Notes under the pieces: generated by a model
Told to the model about the DNA's origin: nothing
Seen by the model: the letters and a program-made list of their open reading frames with translations, nothing else
The model's database searches: none
Origin: an uncultured Oscillospiraceae bacterium
GTDB taxonomy: Bacteria; Bacillota; Clostridia; Oscillospirales; Oscillospiraceae
Assembly: GCA_910588365.1 (NCBI GenBank)
Contig: CAJUQS010000087.1
Location: forward strand, 39 to 64,038
DNA length: 64,000 nucleotides
Direction of reading: 5' to 3'
Program-made: the position numbers and the translations under genes
Shown here: positions 53,763 to 63,450 of the stretch, in pieces
How the letters are laid out: every line of letters starts with the position of its first letter
How positions within the stretch are numbered: position 1 is the first letter of the stretch

Positions 53763-55763
53763 TCAGATCCCCAGCTCCACCCACAGCTGGGAGTAGAGCT
53801 TCTGTGTCTCAGGCGGCAGGTTCTCGTAGACCTCGCACCGCTCCAGCACCTCGGCCGGGGCGGCCATGATCGCATAGGTCTCCGGATCCAGCTCCTCGCC
53901 GTAGAGCTCCTCGTAGTAGGCGGGATACTGCTCCAGGGCCTCCCGGTTGGGGGAGGCGTACCAGATGAAGTCCATGTTGGCCAAGTTGGCCTCCGTGGAG
54001 GCAATGAAGTTGATCCACTGCTCCGCCTCCGCCTTGTGGGGGGCGTCCTTCAGCACGCACATGGCGTCCACAAACCAGTTGGAGCCCTCCTCCGGAATGA
54101 CAAAGGCCAAATCCTCGTTGTTCTCCGCCATGGTCAGGTAGTCCCCGGCGTAATAGGTGGCGATGGCGGCGTTGCCGCCCTCCATCTTCTGGAACACCTC
54201 GTCCATCACCTTGCCCTGGAAGACGCCCCGGCTGTTGGCGTCCCGGATGAGCTCATAGGCCGCCCGGATCTCCGCCTCGTCGGTGGTGTTCACCGAATAG
54301 CCCAGGCAGCACAGGGCCGCGCCCAGGGCGTCCCGGGAGTTGTTGATGAGCAGCACCTGACCGGCATTGGCATCGTCGTAGAGGGCGGACCAGCTGGTGA
54401 CGGGCCCGTCCACCATGGTGGTGTTGTAGATGATGCCCAGGGTGCCCCAGGTGTAGGGCACGGTATACTTATTCTCCGGGTCGTAGCTCAGATTCTTGAA
54501 CCGATCGTCAATGAGGGAGAAGTTGGGGATGTTCGAGTAGTCCAGCTCCTCCAGCATTCCCTCCTCCAGCAGCTTGGCAATCATATAGTCCGAGGGGACC
54601 ACCACGTCGTAGTCCGCGCCGCCGCTCTTGAGCAGGGAGTAGAGTGTCTCGTTGCTCTCCACGGTCTGGTAATTCACCCGGATGCCGGTCTCCTCCTCAA
54701 ACCGGGTGATGAGGTCCGTGTCGATATACTCGCCCCAGCTGCACACGTTGACCACCGGCCGGGAGCTGGTGGCGCCGGTGAGGAACACCACCGCCGCCAC
54801 GAAGCAGCAGGCCATGGCGGCCCCCGCGCCCCGCTTCACCCACCGCCAGCGGGGGGTGTCGGTGCGCACGGCCAGCTTCTCCACCCACGTCAGGGGCCGG
54901 GGCTCCCGCCGCACCGCCCGACGCTCCTGCCGGGCCTCCCGGACGTTGACAATCACCAGCAGCAGCAGCACCGTGAGAAACAGCAGGGTGGATACCGCGT
55001 TGATCTCCGGGGTGATCCGCCGCTTGGTCATGCCGTAGATGTCCATGGCCAGGGTGGAGATGGAGGATCCGGCGGTGAAGTAGGAGATGACGAAGTCGTC
55101 CACGCTCATGGTGAAGGCGATGAGGGCCCCGGAGACGATGCCGGGCTTGATCTCCGGCAGAATCACCTTCCAGAACGCCTGCATCCACGTACAGCCCAGA
55201 TCCTGGGCCGCGTCCACCAGATGCTTGTCCATCTGCCGCAGACGGGGCGCCACGTTGAGAATCACATAGGGGATGTTGAACGCGATGTGGGCCAGCAGCA
55301 GGGTGCCGAAGCCGAGGGTCAGCCGGGCGGGCAGCTCGACCGCGCTCTGCACGCTGTTGAACCACCGGGCGAAGCCCCCCCACCCCTGGAAGAAGGCCAC
55401 GAAGAACAGGCACAGGCTCACGCCCGTGACAATGTCCGCGTTCATCATGGGGATGTCGTTGACCACCAGCAGAGCGTCCCGCTTGCGCCGGCTGAGACTG
55501 TAGAGGCCGATGGCGGCGAAGGTGCCCGCGGCGGTGGAGATGGCCGTGGCCAGCAGGGATACCAGCAGCGTGATATAGAGGCTCTCCATGATCAGCCGGT
55601 TTCCAAAGAGCTCCCGGTACCAGTGGAGGCTGAAGCCCTTCCATACCGCGCTGCTGTCCCCGGCGTTGAAGGAGAAGATGATGAGCAGGATGATGGGCAG
55701 ATAGAGGAACAGGAACATCAGGCCGATGAGGAGGCGGCTGCCGCCGCGGTTTGTTTTCTTCAC
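53763..55763 (-). CDS. Spermidine/putrescine ABC transporter, fused permease (PotC) and substrate-binding (PotD) protein
   Basis: The N-terminal ~260 aa are a 6-TM PotC-like permease. After a linker TM comes a PotD-like SBP (NVCSWGEYID...VVVPSDYMIAKL...YTWGTLGIIYN). GTG start 7 nt after GGAGGAGGG. Confidence 0.85.
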   Translation of the reverse strand: MKKTNRGGSRLLIGLMFLFLYLPIILLIIFSFNAGDSSAVWKGFSLHWYRELFGNRLIMESLYITLLVSLLATAISTAAGTFAAIGLYSLSRRKRDALLVVNDIPMMNADIVTGVSLCLFFVAFFQGWGGFARWFNSVQSAVELPARLTLGFGTLLLAHIAFNIPYVILNVAPRLRQMDKHLVDAAQDLGCTWMQAFWKVILPEIKPGIVSGALIAFTMSVDDFVISYFTAGSSISTLAMDIYGMTKRRITPEINAVSTLLFLTVLLLLVIVNVREARQERRAVRREPRPLTWVEKLAVRTDTPRWRWVKRGAGAAMACCFVAAVVFLTGATSSRPVVNVCSWGEYIDTDLITRFEEETGIRVNYQTVESNETLYSLLKSGGADYDVVVPSDYMIAKLLEEGMLEELDYSNIPNFSLIDDRFKNLSYDPENKYTVPYTWGTLGIIYNTTMVDGPVTSWSALYDDANAGQVLLINNSRDALGAALCCLGYSVNTTDEAEIRAAYELIRDANSRGVFQGKVMDEVFQKMEGGNAAIATYYAGDYLTMAENNEDLAFVIPEEGSNWFVDAMCVLKDAPHKAEAEQWINFIASTEANLANMDFIWYASPNREALEQYPAYYEELYGEELDPETYAIMAAPAEVLERCEVYENLPPETQKLYSQLWVELGI

Positions 55764-55877
55764 GTCAGCACCCTCCTCCCGTCACCGCAGGAAACCGAAG
55801 GGCCTTTCTCCCGGCCGGCTCCGCATCTCCCGTCACCGTGCAGTAATCCGAGACAAAACAGGCAGAAAAGAGCGCAT

Positions 55878-55919
55878 TAAAGTTCTTTTTGCTTACTTTT
55901 TCTTTCAAGAAAAAGTAAG
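55878..55919 (+). repeat. Family-1 hairpin repeat, copy K (no short hairpin)
   Basis: AAAGTTCTTTTTG + CTTACTTTTTCTTTCAAGAAAAAGTAAG (55892-55919). Lies inside the pot operon between potB and potCD. Confidence 0.85.
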
Positions 55920-55934
55920 GCAGGAAAAAGCAGG

Positions 55935-56778
55935 TCATAGCATCACCGCCTGTTCCTCGCCCTCGCCGAAGTGGTTCATGACCACCATGCACACCACCAC
56001 AATGACCATCATCACCAGGGCGATGGCCGCCCCCAGGTGGGGGTTGTAGGCCCCGCCCAGAAACTGCTGCTCGATGAGATCGCCCAGCATCATCTGGGTT
56101 CCGCCGCCCAGCAGGCGGGAGATGGCGAAGGTGGATACCGACGGGACGAATACCATGGTCACTCCGGAGAGCACCCCGGGCAGGCTCAAGGGCAGAATGA
56201 CCTTCCGGAAGACACGCGCGCCGTTGGCGCCCAGATCCCGGGCCGCCTCCAGGAGGCTGGCATCCATCTTCTCAATGACCGAGTAGATGGGCAGGATCAT
56301 GAAGGGCAGGTAGTTGTACACCATGCCCAGCACCACCGCCCCCTGGGTGTTGATCATGGGGAAGCTCTCATAGGCGGTGCCAAAAATGCTGTTGACCAGG
56401 TCAATGAGGCCGATAGCGGCAAACAGGCGGTTGAGAAGCCCGTTGTTTTCCAGCACGGACATCCAGGAGTAGGTCCGCAGCAGGAAGTTCATCCACATGG
56501 GCAGCATGATGAGCATCATGGCCACACGCTGGAACCGGGGCCCCTCCCGGGAGATCAGGTAGGCCGCCGGGTAGCCGATGAGCAGGCAGATGGCCGTGGC
56601 CAGCAGCGCCAGCCAGAAGGAGCGGGTGAACACGGACGCATAGGTCCCCATGCGCGCGAAGTTCTCCAGAGTGAAGCCCCCCTCCGCAGAGGAGAAGGCG
56701 TAGATGACCACCATGACAATGGGCGCCACCACGAACAGCGCCATCCACCCCACGTAGGGCACCGCAAACAGGGAGCGC

Positions 56779-56789
<11 letters not shown>
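55935..56789 (-). CDS. potB: Spermidine/putrescine ABC transporter permease
   Basis: [24 protein letters not shown]... with an EAA-loop region ([15 protein letters not shown]). Internal ATG chosen. Confidence 0.9.
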
Positions 56790-57957
<1,168 letters not shown>

Positions 57958-58030
57958 TATCCTCCCCCGTTCTTTTCATAAAATTTTTGATTTGGAACCG
58001 CCCCGCGCAGGACGCGGAACATAGAAAATC

Positions 58031-58105
58031 GCCTGTTTTCCCTGAGAACTTTTCCCCCGGAAAAACAGGCAAGATCACTATAGCGTTTTTGTGTCGAAAT
58101 GTCAA
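58031..58105 (-). promoter_or_regulatory. Promoter followed at once by a terminator-like hairpin (pot leader/attenuator candidate)
   Basis: Minus strand TTGACA (58105-58100), 17-nt spacer, TATAGT (58082-58077). Then hairpin GCCTGTTTTTCC...GGGAAAACAGGC (58070-58031) followed by GATTTTCT. Confidence 0.5.
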
Positions 58106-58135
58106 TGATATTTTGGCAAAAAGATATCCAATTTT

Positions 58136-58942
58136 TCAGCCGGACTCCGGGTGCTCGGGCAGTGACTCCTCCTCCGGCAGCGCCTCCGCCCCGGCCTGGA
58201 AACAGCTCTCGTCCTGAAACTCCGTCATGGTCCCCCAGTACCGCTTGGGCATGTGGGTCCGGCGGAGCTTGGGGTTGTGGCGCTCCTTGATCTCCACGGT
58301 GTCGTAGAACCGCTTCCACAGCCGCCGGTACTGGGCCTCCCGGGCCGAGGGGGCGGCCATTTCAAAGGACTCCAGCGGCACAATCGCCCACTGGCCGGGC
58401 CGATGGACCAGGGCCTCCCGGTGGGTGCGGTCATAGAGGATAAAGACCTCGTTGTACATCCGGTCGCAGAAGTGGGGCCGCAGCAGGGGCAGCACCCGGT
58501 TTTTGGGCTGGATCTCCCCGGCCAGCATCCCCTCAAATTCCGAGAAGCGGGTAAAGCCCTTGAGCAGGTGGACCTCTCCGTCCAGGTGGCGCACTGCCTT
58601 GAGCAGGGGGAGCACCGCGTCGTCGCTGAGGCAGCGCAGCAGGGGCCTGCCCCTGCTATACAGGGCGCGGACGAAGCGGTAGAGGATCCTCTCCCTCTCC
58701 GGCGCGCAGGTGAGGAACCCCTTGACCACCAGTTCCCTGGCGTAGGGGTCGATTTTCCCCAGGCTCACCAGAACCCTTTCCGCGCGGCGTGGGTCAGTTT
58801 CCACCTGCCGGGCCGGGAACAGGGACGGCTCCAGGCTGTCCCCGTCCTGGAAGCCCGCAGGGTACTCCTTATATACATAGCTGTCAAAGACACAGCAGAG
58901 GAAGCCCTCAAAGGTTCCATCATAGCGGTAGATCGTTTCCAT
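58136..58942 (-). CDS. TIGR03915-family putative DNA metabolism/repair protein (DUF4130)
   Basis: METIYRYDGTFEGFLCCVFDSY... is the typical family N-terminus. ATG 58942 after GGAG. GTG 58948 is the alternative start. Confidence 0.7.
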   Translation of the reverse strand: METIYRYDGTFEGFLCCVFDSYVYKEYPAGFQDGDSLEPSLFPARQVETDPRRAERVLVSLGKIDPYARELVVKGFLTCAPERERILYRFVRALYSRGRPLLRCLSDDAVLPLLKAVRHLDGEVHLLKGFTRFSEFEGMLAGEIQPKNRVLPLLRPHFCDRMYNEVFILYDRTHREALVHRPGQWAIVPLESFEMAAPSAREAQYRRLWKRFYDTVEIKERHNPKLRRTHMPKRYWGTMTEFQDESCFQAGAEALPEEESLPEHPESG

Positions 58943-59143
58943 CGTCACTTCTCCGGCGCGGACCTGTGTGCAGAGTATTTCTCTTGATTTTATCTTATCC
59001 CATTTCCCGGAAAAGTCAAGAGGCGGGCCAAAGTTTCCCGCGGGGACCTGCGCGGTGCCGCCCGGGCAGGCTCCCAGGCGGCACGGCTTTTCTTGACAGA
59101 AAACCTGCTATCATCCATAATACAGATAAAACATTACGTAACA

Positions 59144-59491
59144 TTATGCTAAATAACGAGTGATATGGAGGTTGCTATGAAGGAGATTCTCAAGCGTCTG
59201 CCGGACGTGCTCCGCTAAAAACACCTCCATTTCTTCGCGTAGCATTTGCAAGGCGCTGTGTATATGATGCCATGCCGTACTCCGGCAGCGTCCGTATATT
59301 TCCCCAATTTCCTGTTGTGTGTAATGCCCAAAAAAGTAAAGGTAAATGATTTCCCTCTTTTTTTCCGGCAGAGAGGACAGGGCTTCGGCAAGCTCCCCAT
59401 TTGTGAGAATAACCCTCTGACCGCATATCATAACCGGGTATTGCTTATAGGGGTCTATGAAATATGCGTCTAATAGTTTGGCGATTTTCAT
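59144..59491 (-). CDS. Chimeric ORF: XRE C-terminal helix fused to a Tn916 ORF7-like sigma region-4 HTH domain
   Basis: LAEALSSLPEKKREIIYLYFFGHYTQQEIGEIYGRCRSTAWHHIHSALQML resembles the conjugative-transposon ORF7 / sigma-70 region 4. The N-terminus (MKIAKLLDAYF) is the tail of an XRE HTH. Confidence 0.6.
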   Translation of the reverse strand: MKIAKLLDAYFIDPYKQYPVMICGQRVILTNGELAEALSSLPEKKREIIYLYFFGHYTQQEIGEIYGRCRSTAWHHIHSALQMLREEMEVFLAEHVRQTLENLLHSNLHITRYLA

Positions 59492-59632
59492 TGCAAGCTC
59501 AAAAGTGGGATTGTATTTATCATTCTCAATCGCTATAATTGTTTGTCAGCTTACGCCTAACTTATTTGCCATATCTTCTTGTCGCAATCCCGCTTCTTTC
59601 CTAAGTTTTTTGCCACATTCCTCATAACAGTT
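59492..59632 (-). pseudogene. XRE HTH N-terminal remnant with an in-frame stop
   Basis: In frame with the ORF below: ..GKKLRKEAGLRQEDMANKLGVS*QTIIAIENDKYNP. TGA at 59546-59548 sits where Arg (CGA) is expected. No start codon. Confidence 0.55.
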
Positions 59633-59770
59633 TTACGCTTTCATCAAAAAATATGTGCCGATAGAAAGCAGAATGGCAACAATCGCAATAACGCCAACGA
59701 TAGTCCAAACAATTTTGTTCGGTTCGTGGTATTCTTCATCGTCAACAATCATTTTTCTTTTCATTGCCAT
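59633..59770 (-). CDS. Possible small single-TM protein (45 aa)
   Basis: MAMKRKMIVDDEEYHEPNKIVWTIVGVIAIVAILLSIGTYFLMKA. Weak support. Confidence 0.3.
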   Translation of the reverse strand: MAMKRKMIVDDEEYHEPNKIVWTIVGVIAIVAILLSIGTYFLMKA

Positions 59771-59792
59771 TTGTGAAAAGCCTTGAATACAT

Positions 59793-60062
59793 ATGGTAAA
59801 ACAAATCTGGGTGATGAAAATGGCTGGCAGATATAAATTTAGTGAGGAAGAAATAAAAGCGATAGAGCAAAAACGCAAGGAAAATAAGGATAAACGAGCG
59901 GAAGCCAGATTGAAAGCGCCGGAGCTTCGTGCCAAAGGAGCCAAAGCCCACGAGGTAGCAGCAGCAACAGGATTTCATGCAGCATATGTGACGCAGCTTG
60001 TAGCAAAATATCGAAACAACGGTCTAAGAAGCTATACCAATAGGCGCCGACACGCATCTTGA
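59793..60062 (+). pseudogene. Transposase N-terminal HTH fragment (IS630-like, tentative), truncated
   Basis: MAGRYKFSEEEIKAIEQKRKENKDKRAEARLKA..GAKAHEVAAATGFHAAYVTQLVAKYRNNGL resembles the N-terminal HTH of DDE transposases. No catalytic domain follows. Confidence 0.45.
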
Positions 60063-60160
60063 CGGAAAAATTTTCGTCTGGCTGCGTCAGAAACTCTTGA
60101 AATCCGTCAGGATTCCTGCAAGTTTCTTCCTTGCCAAGCAAAAATTTTTCTCGCCTATCT
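60062..60160 (+). repeat. Homologue of the internal/right part of the 7934-8096 MITE
   Basis: ..CTGCGTCAGAAACTCTTGAAATCCGTCAGGATTCCTGCAAG..TCTCGCC aligns with 7969-8066 (..CTGCGTTAAAAATCCTTGCAATCCGTCAGGATTGCTGCGG..TCTCGCC). The terminal repeat is missing. Confidence 0.55.
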
Positions 60161-60188
60161 GCATACCGTCACCGATTGGTACAACTTC

Positions 60189-60779
60189 TTACATTGGACA
60201 GCCCGAAAACGTCTGCCAAAATATCCTGATACCGCTGATGTAACGATAAACAAACGGTTTTTCGACCTGTGCCTCCATGTTCTGCCAATAGGCAATCTCT
60301 CTATCGGTGCGTCCGCCATATTGTCTTTCAATCGTTTCCTGGCGGTTCCGGTAAAAATCCTCCGCAGAGGTTTCCGCCGGGTCAAGCTCCGCCTGATATG
60401 CAATCATGCCGTATGGATCATAGTAATTGCTATCGACTAGGCAGAAGTAGCTTTCCTGCTCCAAATGCTCCTTGATGATATACAGGCCGTTTCCATTGGA
60501 CGCCTCCCGCACATTTTGAAAGAACCGTTCATCCATGACCTGCCCGTTGATGCTCTGTTTTCCCTCGAATATCCGTTACCTCTGCTCCGCCGCGGAGACG
60601 TATTTGCTTATGGTATTCCCGGCCCGGTCTGTCAGCGAGAAGTTTGCGCCGTCGGAATTGCTGACCGGTCTGGCGGTATAGGCCATAAACGCAGCTATTA
60701 CAAGCACCATGATCCATGCCAGTTTGCGCTTCAACAGCTTTTTCAGTTCGTACCAATACAGAGTGCCGAAATTTTTCAT
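60189..60779 (-). pseudogene. Decayed paralogue of the ABC-2 permease gene
   Basis: MKNFGTLYWYELKKLLKRK.. parallels MKNLGTLYCYELRKLLTKR.. of the upstream gene. In-frame TAA at 60576-60578. Ends after about 196 codons, before the C-terminal TM bundle. Confidence 0.7.
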
Positions 60780-60814
60780 ACCATCTTCTCTCCAAATCTC
60801 TCATTAAAGCCGAC

Positions 60815-62035
60815 CTATGCTCTGCCTGCTGCGCTCCGCCGCCAGCCCAGCCAGCACAAGGCCAGCAGAAGAACTGTCAGCAATCCATACAACAAATAAC
60901 CAAACTGGAGCTTATTGAAGGTCATACCTAAAATATGGACCAGGTGGACATCGCTCAATACGGATATGGAATCAAACATGCAGTTCGGCATATACCCCGT
61001 GATCCTCTCTGGAGCAGGGATGCGCAGCATCTGGATGAGCACAAGCAGGGCAGGCACAACCAGCGCGGCGGTGCTGTTCTTCGTCAATGCGGAAATCAGC
61101 ATTGTCACCCCGCCGCACAGCAAGCTATAGAGCAACAGCAGCCCCCACAGGATCAGGATCGCCTGTCCCAAGGTAATGGGAAGGCTGCTTTTCAGGCATC
61201 GCAACTGGACTGCCGCGTCAAGCCCTGACATATTCCCCTTAAGAGAAATCGCGGCAGAGACAGCTCCCATAATCATTCCGCAGCCCGCAAGAACCGCTGT
61301 GCAGCCAGCCAGCACCTTAGCCAGATACAGAGGGAGCCAGCCATATCTGCTACTGAAAATCAGTGTATCTGTTCGGGCGCGTTTATCCTCTGCGAACACA
61401 CCGCACAGGAACACCGCGGCAGCCAGGGGGATGATCTCAGCCAGAAAGGCAGGCCGTGCGTCAAGCATATCCCGGCTTCCCCAGATGTTTTGGTAAACAA
61501 ATGGCTTTGGCACTTTTGCTTCCATCGCCTGCCAGTATGCGGTATCCTGTTCAGATAATCCCTCCATCTGCCATACACGCTCCAAAAGCTGCTGGCGGCC
61601 CGCATAAAACCGCTCCGCAGTGACCGTCGCCGCATCCAGATCCGGGATGTCCTCGATCATGCTGCTGGCCCATGAAAACCGGGGATCTACTGCCATGAAA
61701 TAACTGTGTGCCGTGGAACGATCCGGCAGGAGATATTCGCCGCTGAACAGCGGAAGCTCCCGCACCTGGCGGAAAAACTCTTCGTCCATCGGCAATCCAC
61801 GGATAGGCAGATCACCCTCCCGGTTGATTTTACCCTGTTCCGCCATGGAAAGATATTGGCTGGTGGTATGCCCCTCCCTGTCTGTCAACGTAAAGGTTGC
61901 TCCAATACCTGCGGAGGACGGTGGGCAGGCAGTATAAATCATCAGTGCCGCCAGCAGGAATGTTGTCACCCATGCCATTCTCTTTGTCAGCAACTTCCGC
62001 AGCTCGTAGCAGTAAAGCGTACCCAGATTTTTCAT
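60815..62035 (-). CDS. ABC-2 type transporter permease
   Basis: N-terminal TM, large extracytoplasmic domain, C-terminal multi-TM bundle. ATGA-type overlap with the ATPase gene. Confidence 0.8.
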   Translation of the reverse strand: MKNLGTLYCYELRKLLTKRMAWVTTFLLAALMIYTACPPSSAGIGATFTLTDREGHTTSQYLSMAEQGKINREGDLPIRGLPMDEEFFRQVRELPLFSGEYLLPDRSTAHSYFMAVDPRFSWASSMIEDIPDLDAATVTAERFYAGRQQLLERVWQMEGLSEQDTAYWQAMEAKVPKPFVYQNIWGSRDMLDARPAFLAEIIPLAAAVFLCGVFAEDKRARTDTLIFSSRYGWLPLYLAKVLAGCTAVLAGCGMIMGAVSAAISLKGNMSGLDAAVQLRCLKSSLPITLGQAILILWGLLLLYSLLCGGVTMLISALTKNSTAALVVPALLVLIQMLRIPAPERITGYMPNCMFDSISVLSDVHLVHILGMTFNKLQFGYLLYGLLTVLLLALCWLGWRRSAAGRA

Positions 62036-62733
62036 TCCGCTTCCCCTCCGAACTCCTCCATGTAAAGCTGCTCCAGGTCTGTCCGTTCCTTGTCCCACGG
62101 TTCGTTCAAGATGATTTTGCCCTCGGACATCATCAGCATGTGGTCGGCTATCTTCTCTACATCGGACACGATATGGGTGGACAGCAGCACAATGGTATCC
62201 TGCCCCAGCCCGGCGATCAGGTTGCGGAAGCGCACTCTTTCCTTGGGGTCTAATCCCGCCGTAGGCTCGTCCACGATCAGCAGGCGCGGGTCGTTGAGCA
62301 GGGCTTGGGCAATCCCCAGCCGCTGCTTCATGCCGCCGGAATAGGTCTTGATCTCCTTTTTCCCCGCATCCTGGAGAGATACCAGTTCCAGCAGTTCCCC
62401 GGCCCGGCGTTTCGCATGAGGCCGGGACAGCCCTTTCAACGCCGCCAGATAGAGCAGGAAGTCCAGCCCTGTAAAGTCGGGGTAGTAGCCGAAGTCCTGG
62501 GGCAGATAGCCCAATACGGCCCGGTAGTCCTCGCTGGTCACATCCACCCCATCCAGCGAAATACTCCCCGCTGTGGGCTTCAAAATACCGCACAGCATCC
62601 GCATGAGGGTGGTCTTGCCCGCGCCGTTGGCCCCCAGCAGACCATTGATGCCCTCCGTAAGCCGCAGCGACACGCCATCCACGGCACGCTTGTCCTTATA
62701 CTGCTTTGTCAGATCCCGTATCATCAATTCCAT
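62032..62733 (-). CDS. ABC transporter ATP-binding protein
   Basis: GANGAGKTT, YSGGMKQRLGIAQAL, LLIVDEPTAGLD. Confidence 0.9.
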   Translation of the reverse strand: MELMIRDLTKQYKDKRAVDGVSLRLTEGINGLLGANGAGKTTLMRMLCGILKPTAGSISLDGVDVTSEDYRAVLGYLPQDFGYYPDFTGLDFLLYLAALKGLSRPHAKRRAGELLELVSLQDAGKKEIKTYSGGMKQRLGIAQALLNDPRLLIVDEPTAGLDPKERVRFRNLIAGLGQDTIVLLSTHIVSDVEKIADHMLMMSEGKIILNEPWDKERTDLEQLYMEEFGGEAE

Positions 62734-63437
62734 TGCAATTCCCCCATATTCTTTACATTCAGCGTGAACTCCACACCCGCAGCTATCATTGCCGCCGCCA
62801 GTGCCGCTCCCCACCAGATCAAATTCTCCGGCTGGTACAGGGCTGGTCTGATATTCACCGCAAGCGGCCCCGAAACGCTGATTGCCGCCGCCACGGCGCC
62901 GCAGGCCAGCAATCCCTCCCGGCCACGGATACGGCGGGTCACCTCCATCCCCAGCGCCGCCGTGAGCAGGTAGGGCATCAGCAGATATACGCCGGCCTGG
63001 GCTGCCCCTACAGTGCTCCAGACTGCCAGCAAAGGTGTCAGCAGACCGAACAACGCCAGATGAAATAGTCCCAGCGCCACCATGCGGGCCAGTATGACGC
63101 TCTGCCGGGACATCCGGCAGGCCAGTTCCAGCTCGTCCATCTGGTACAACTGCGCCCGCCCGTTCTCCGTTATCACCAGCAGCGCCAGAAACGGGGTCAG
63201 TGCGGCGATATACCAGGGGGTGGACTCCGCCGAAAGAGTGACTGTCATCAGAATAAAGCTGGACAACACCAGCGACAGCAGCCACACCCACCAGCGAATA
63301 TACCTGACTTGCAGCGTGATCAGCTCCCAGCGGCCCAGTTCCCGGCGGCGATGCCGCTTCAAAAAAGCCGCTTTTCGGGCAGGAGGCGGAGCGTAGAACG
63401 CATCCGACAGGGCCTGTTTGAGTTTTCTGTTCATCAT
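62724..63437 (-). CDS. Polytopic membrane protein in the anti-sigma position
   Basis: 237 aa, cytoplasmic N-terminus then about 6 TM helices. Lies directly downstream of the ECF sigma gene. The anti-sigma function is inference. Confidence 0.55.
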   Translation of the reverse strand: MMNRKLKQALSDAFYAPPPARKAAFLKRHRRRELGRWELITLQVRYIRWWVWLLSLVLSSFILMTVTLSAESTPWYIAALTPFLALLVITENGRAQLYQMDELELACRMSRQSVILARMVALGLFHLALFGLLTPLLAVWSTVGAAQAGVYLLMPYLLTAALGMEVTRRIRGREGLLACGAVAAAISVSGPLAVNIRPALYQPENLIWWGAALAAAMIAAGVEFTLNVKNMGELQWN

Positions 63438-63450
63438 CTCAACCCTCCAT

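Noticed and set aside
53580-55880. 766-aa ORF on the plus strand, and similar long antisense ORFs at 21531-23465, 44430-46220, 46259-47944, 47862-49604, 31367-33055 and 33292-34980
   Set aside because: All lie opposite strongly supported genes (potCD, dxs, ABC exporters, DUF2156-GNAT, ispA and others). All have Arg/Gly/Pro/His-rich low-complexity translations.
4236-55919. CRISPR array formed by the recurring hairpin repeats
   Set aside because: The copies are kilobases apart, occur in both orientations and are not regularly spaced. They are internally palindromic with variable loops, and no cas genes are present.
59633-59944. 103-aa ORF on the minus strand
   Set aside because: The N-terminal 58 codons overlap the oppositely oriented transposase-HTH fragment and look non-protein-like. 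Only the last 45 codons (single TM) were kept, as a low-confidence feature.
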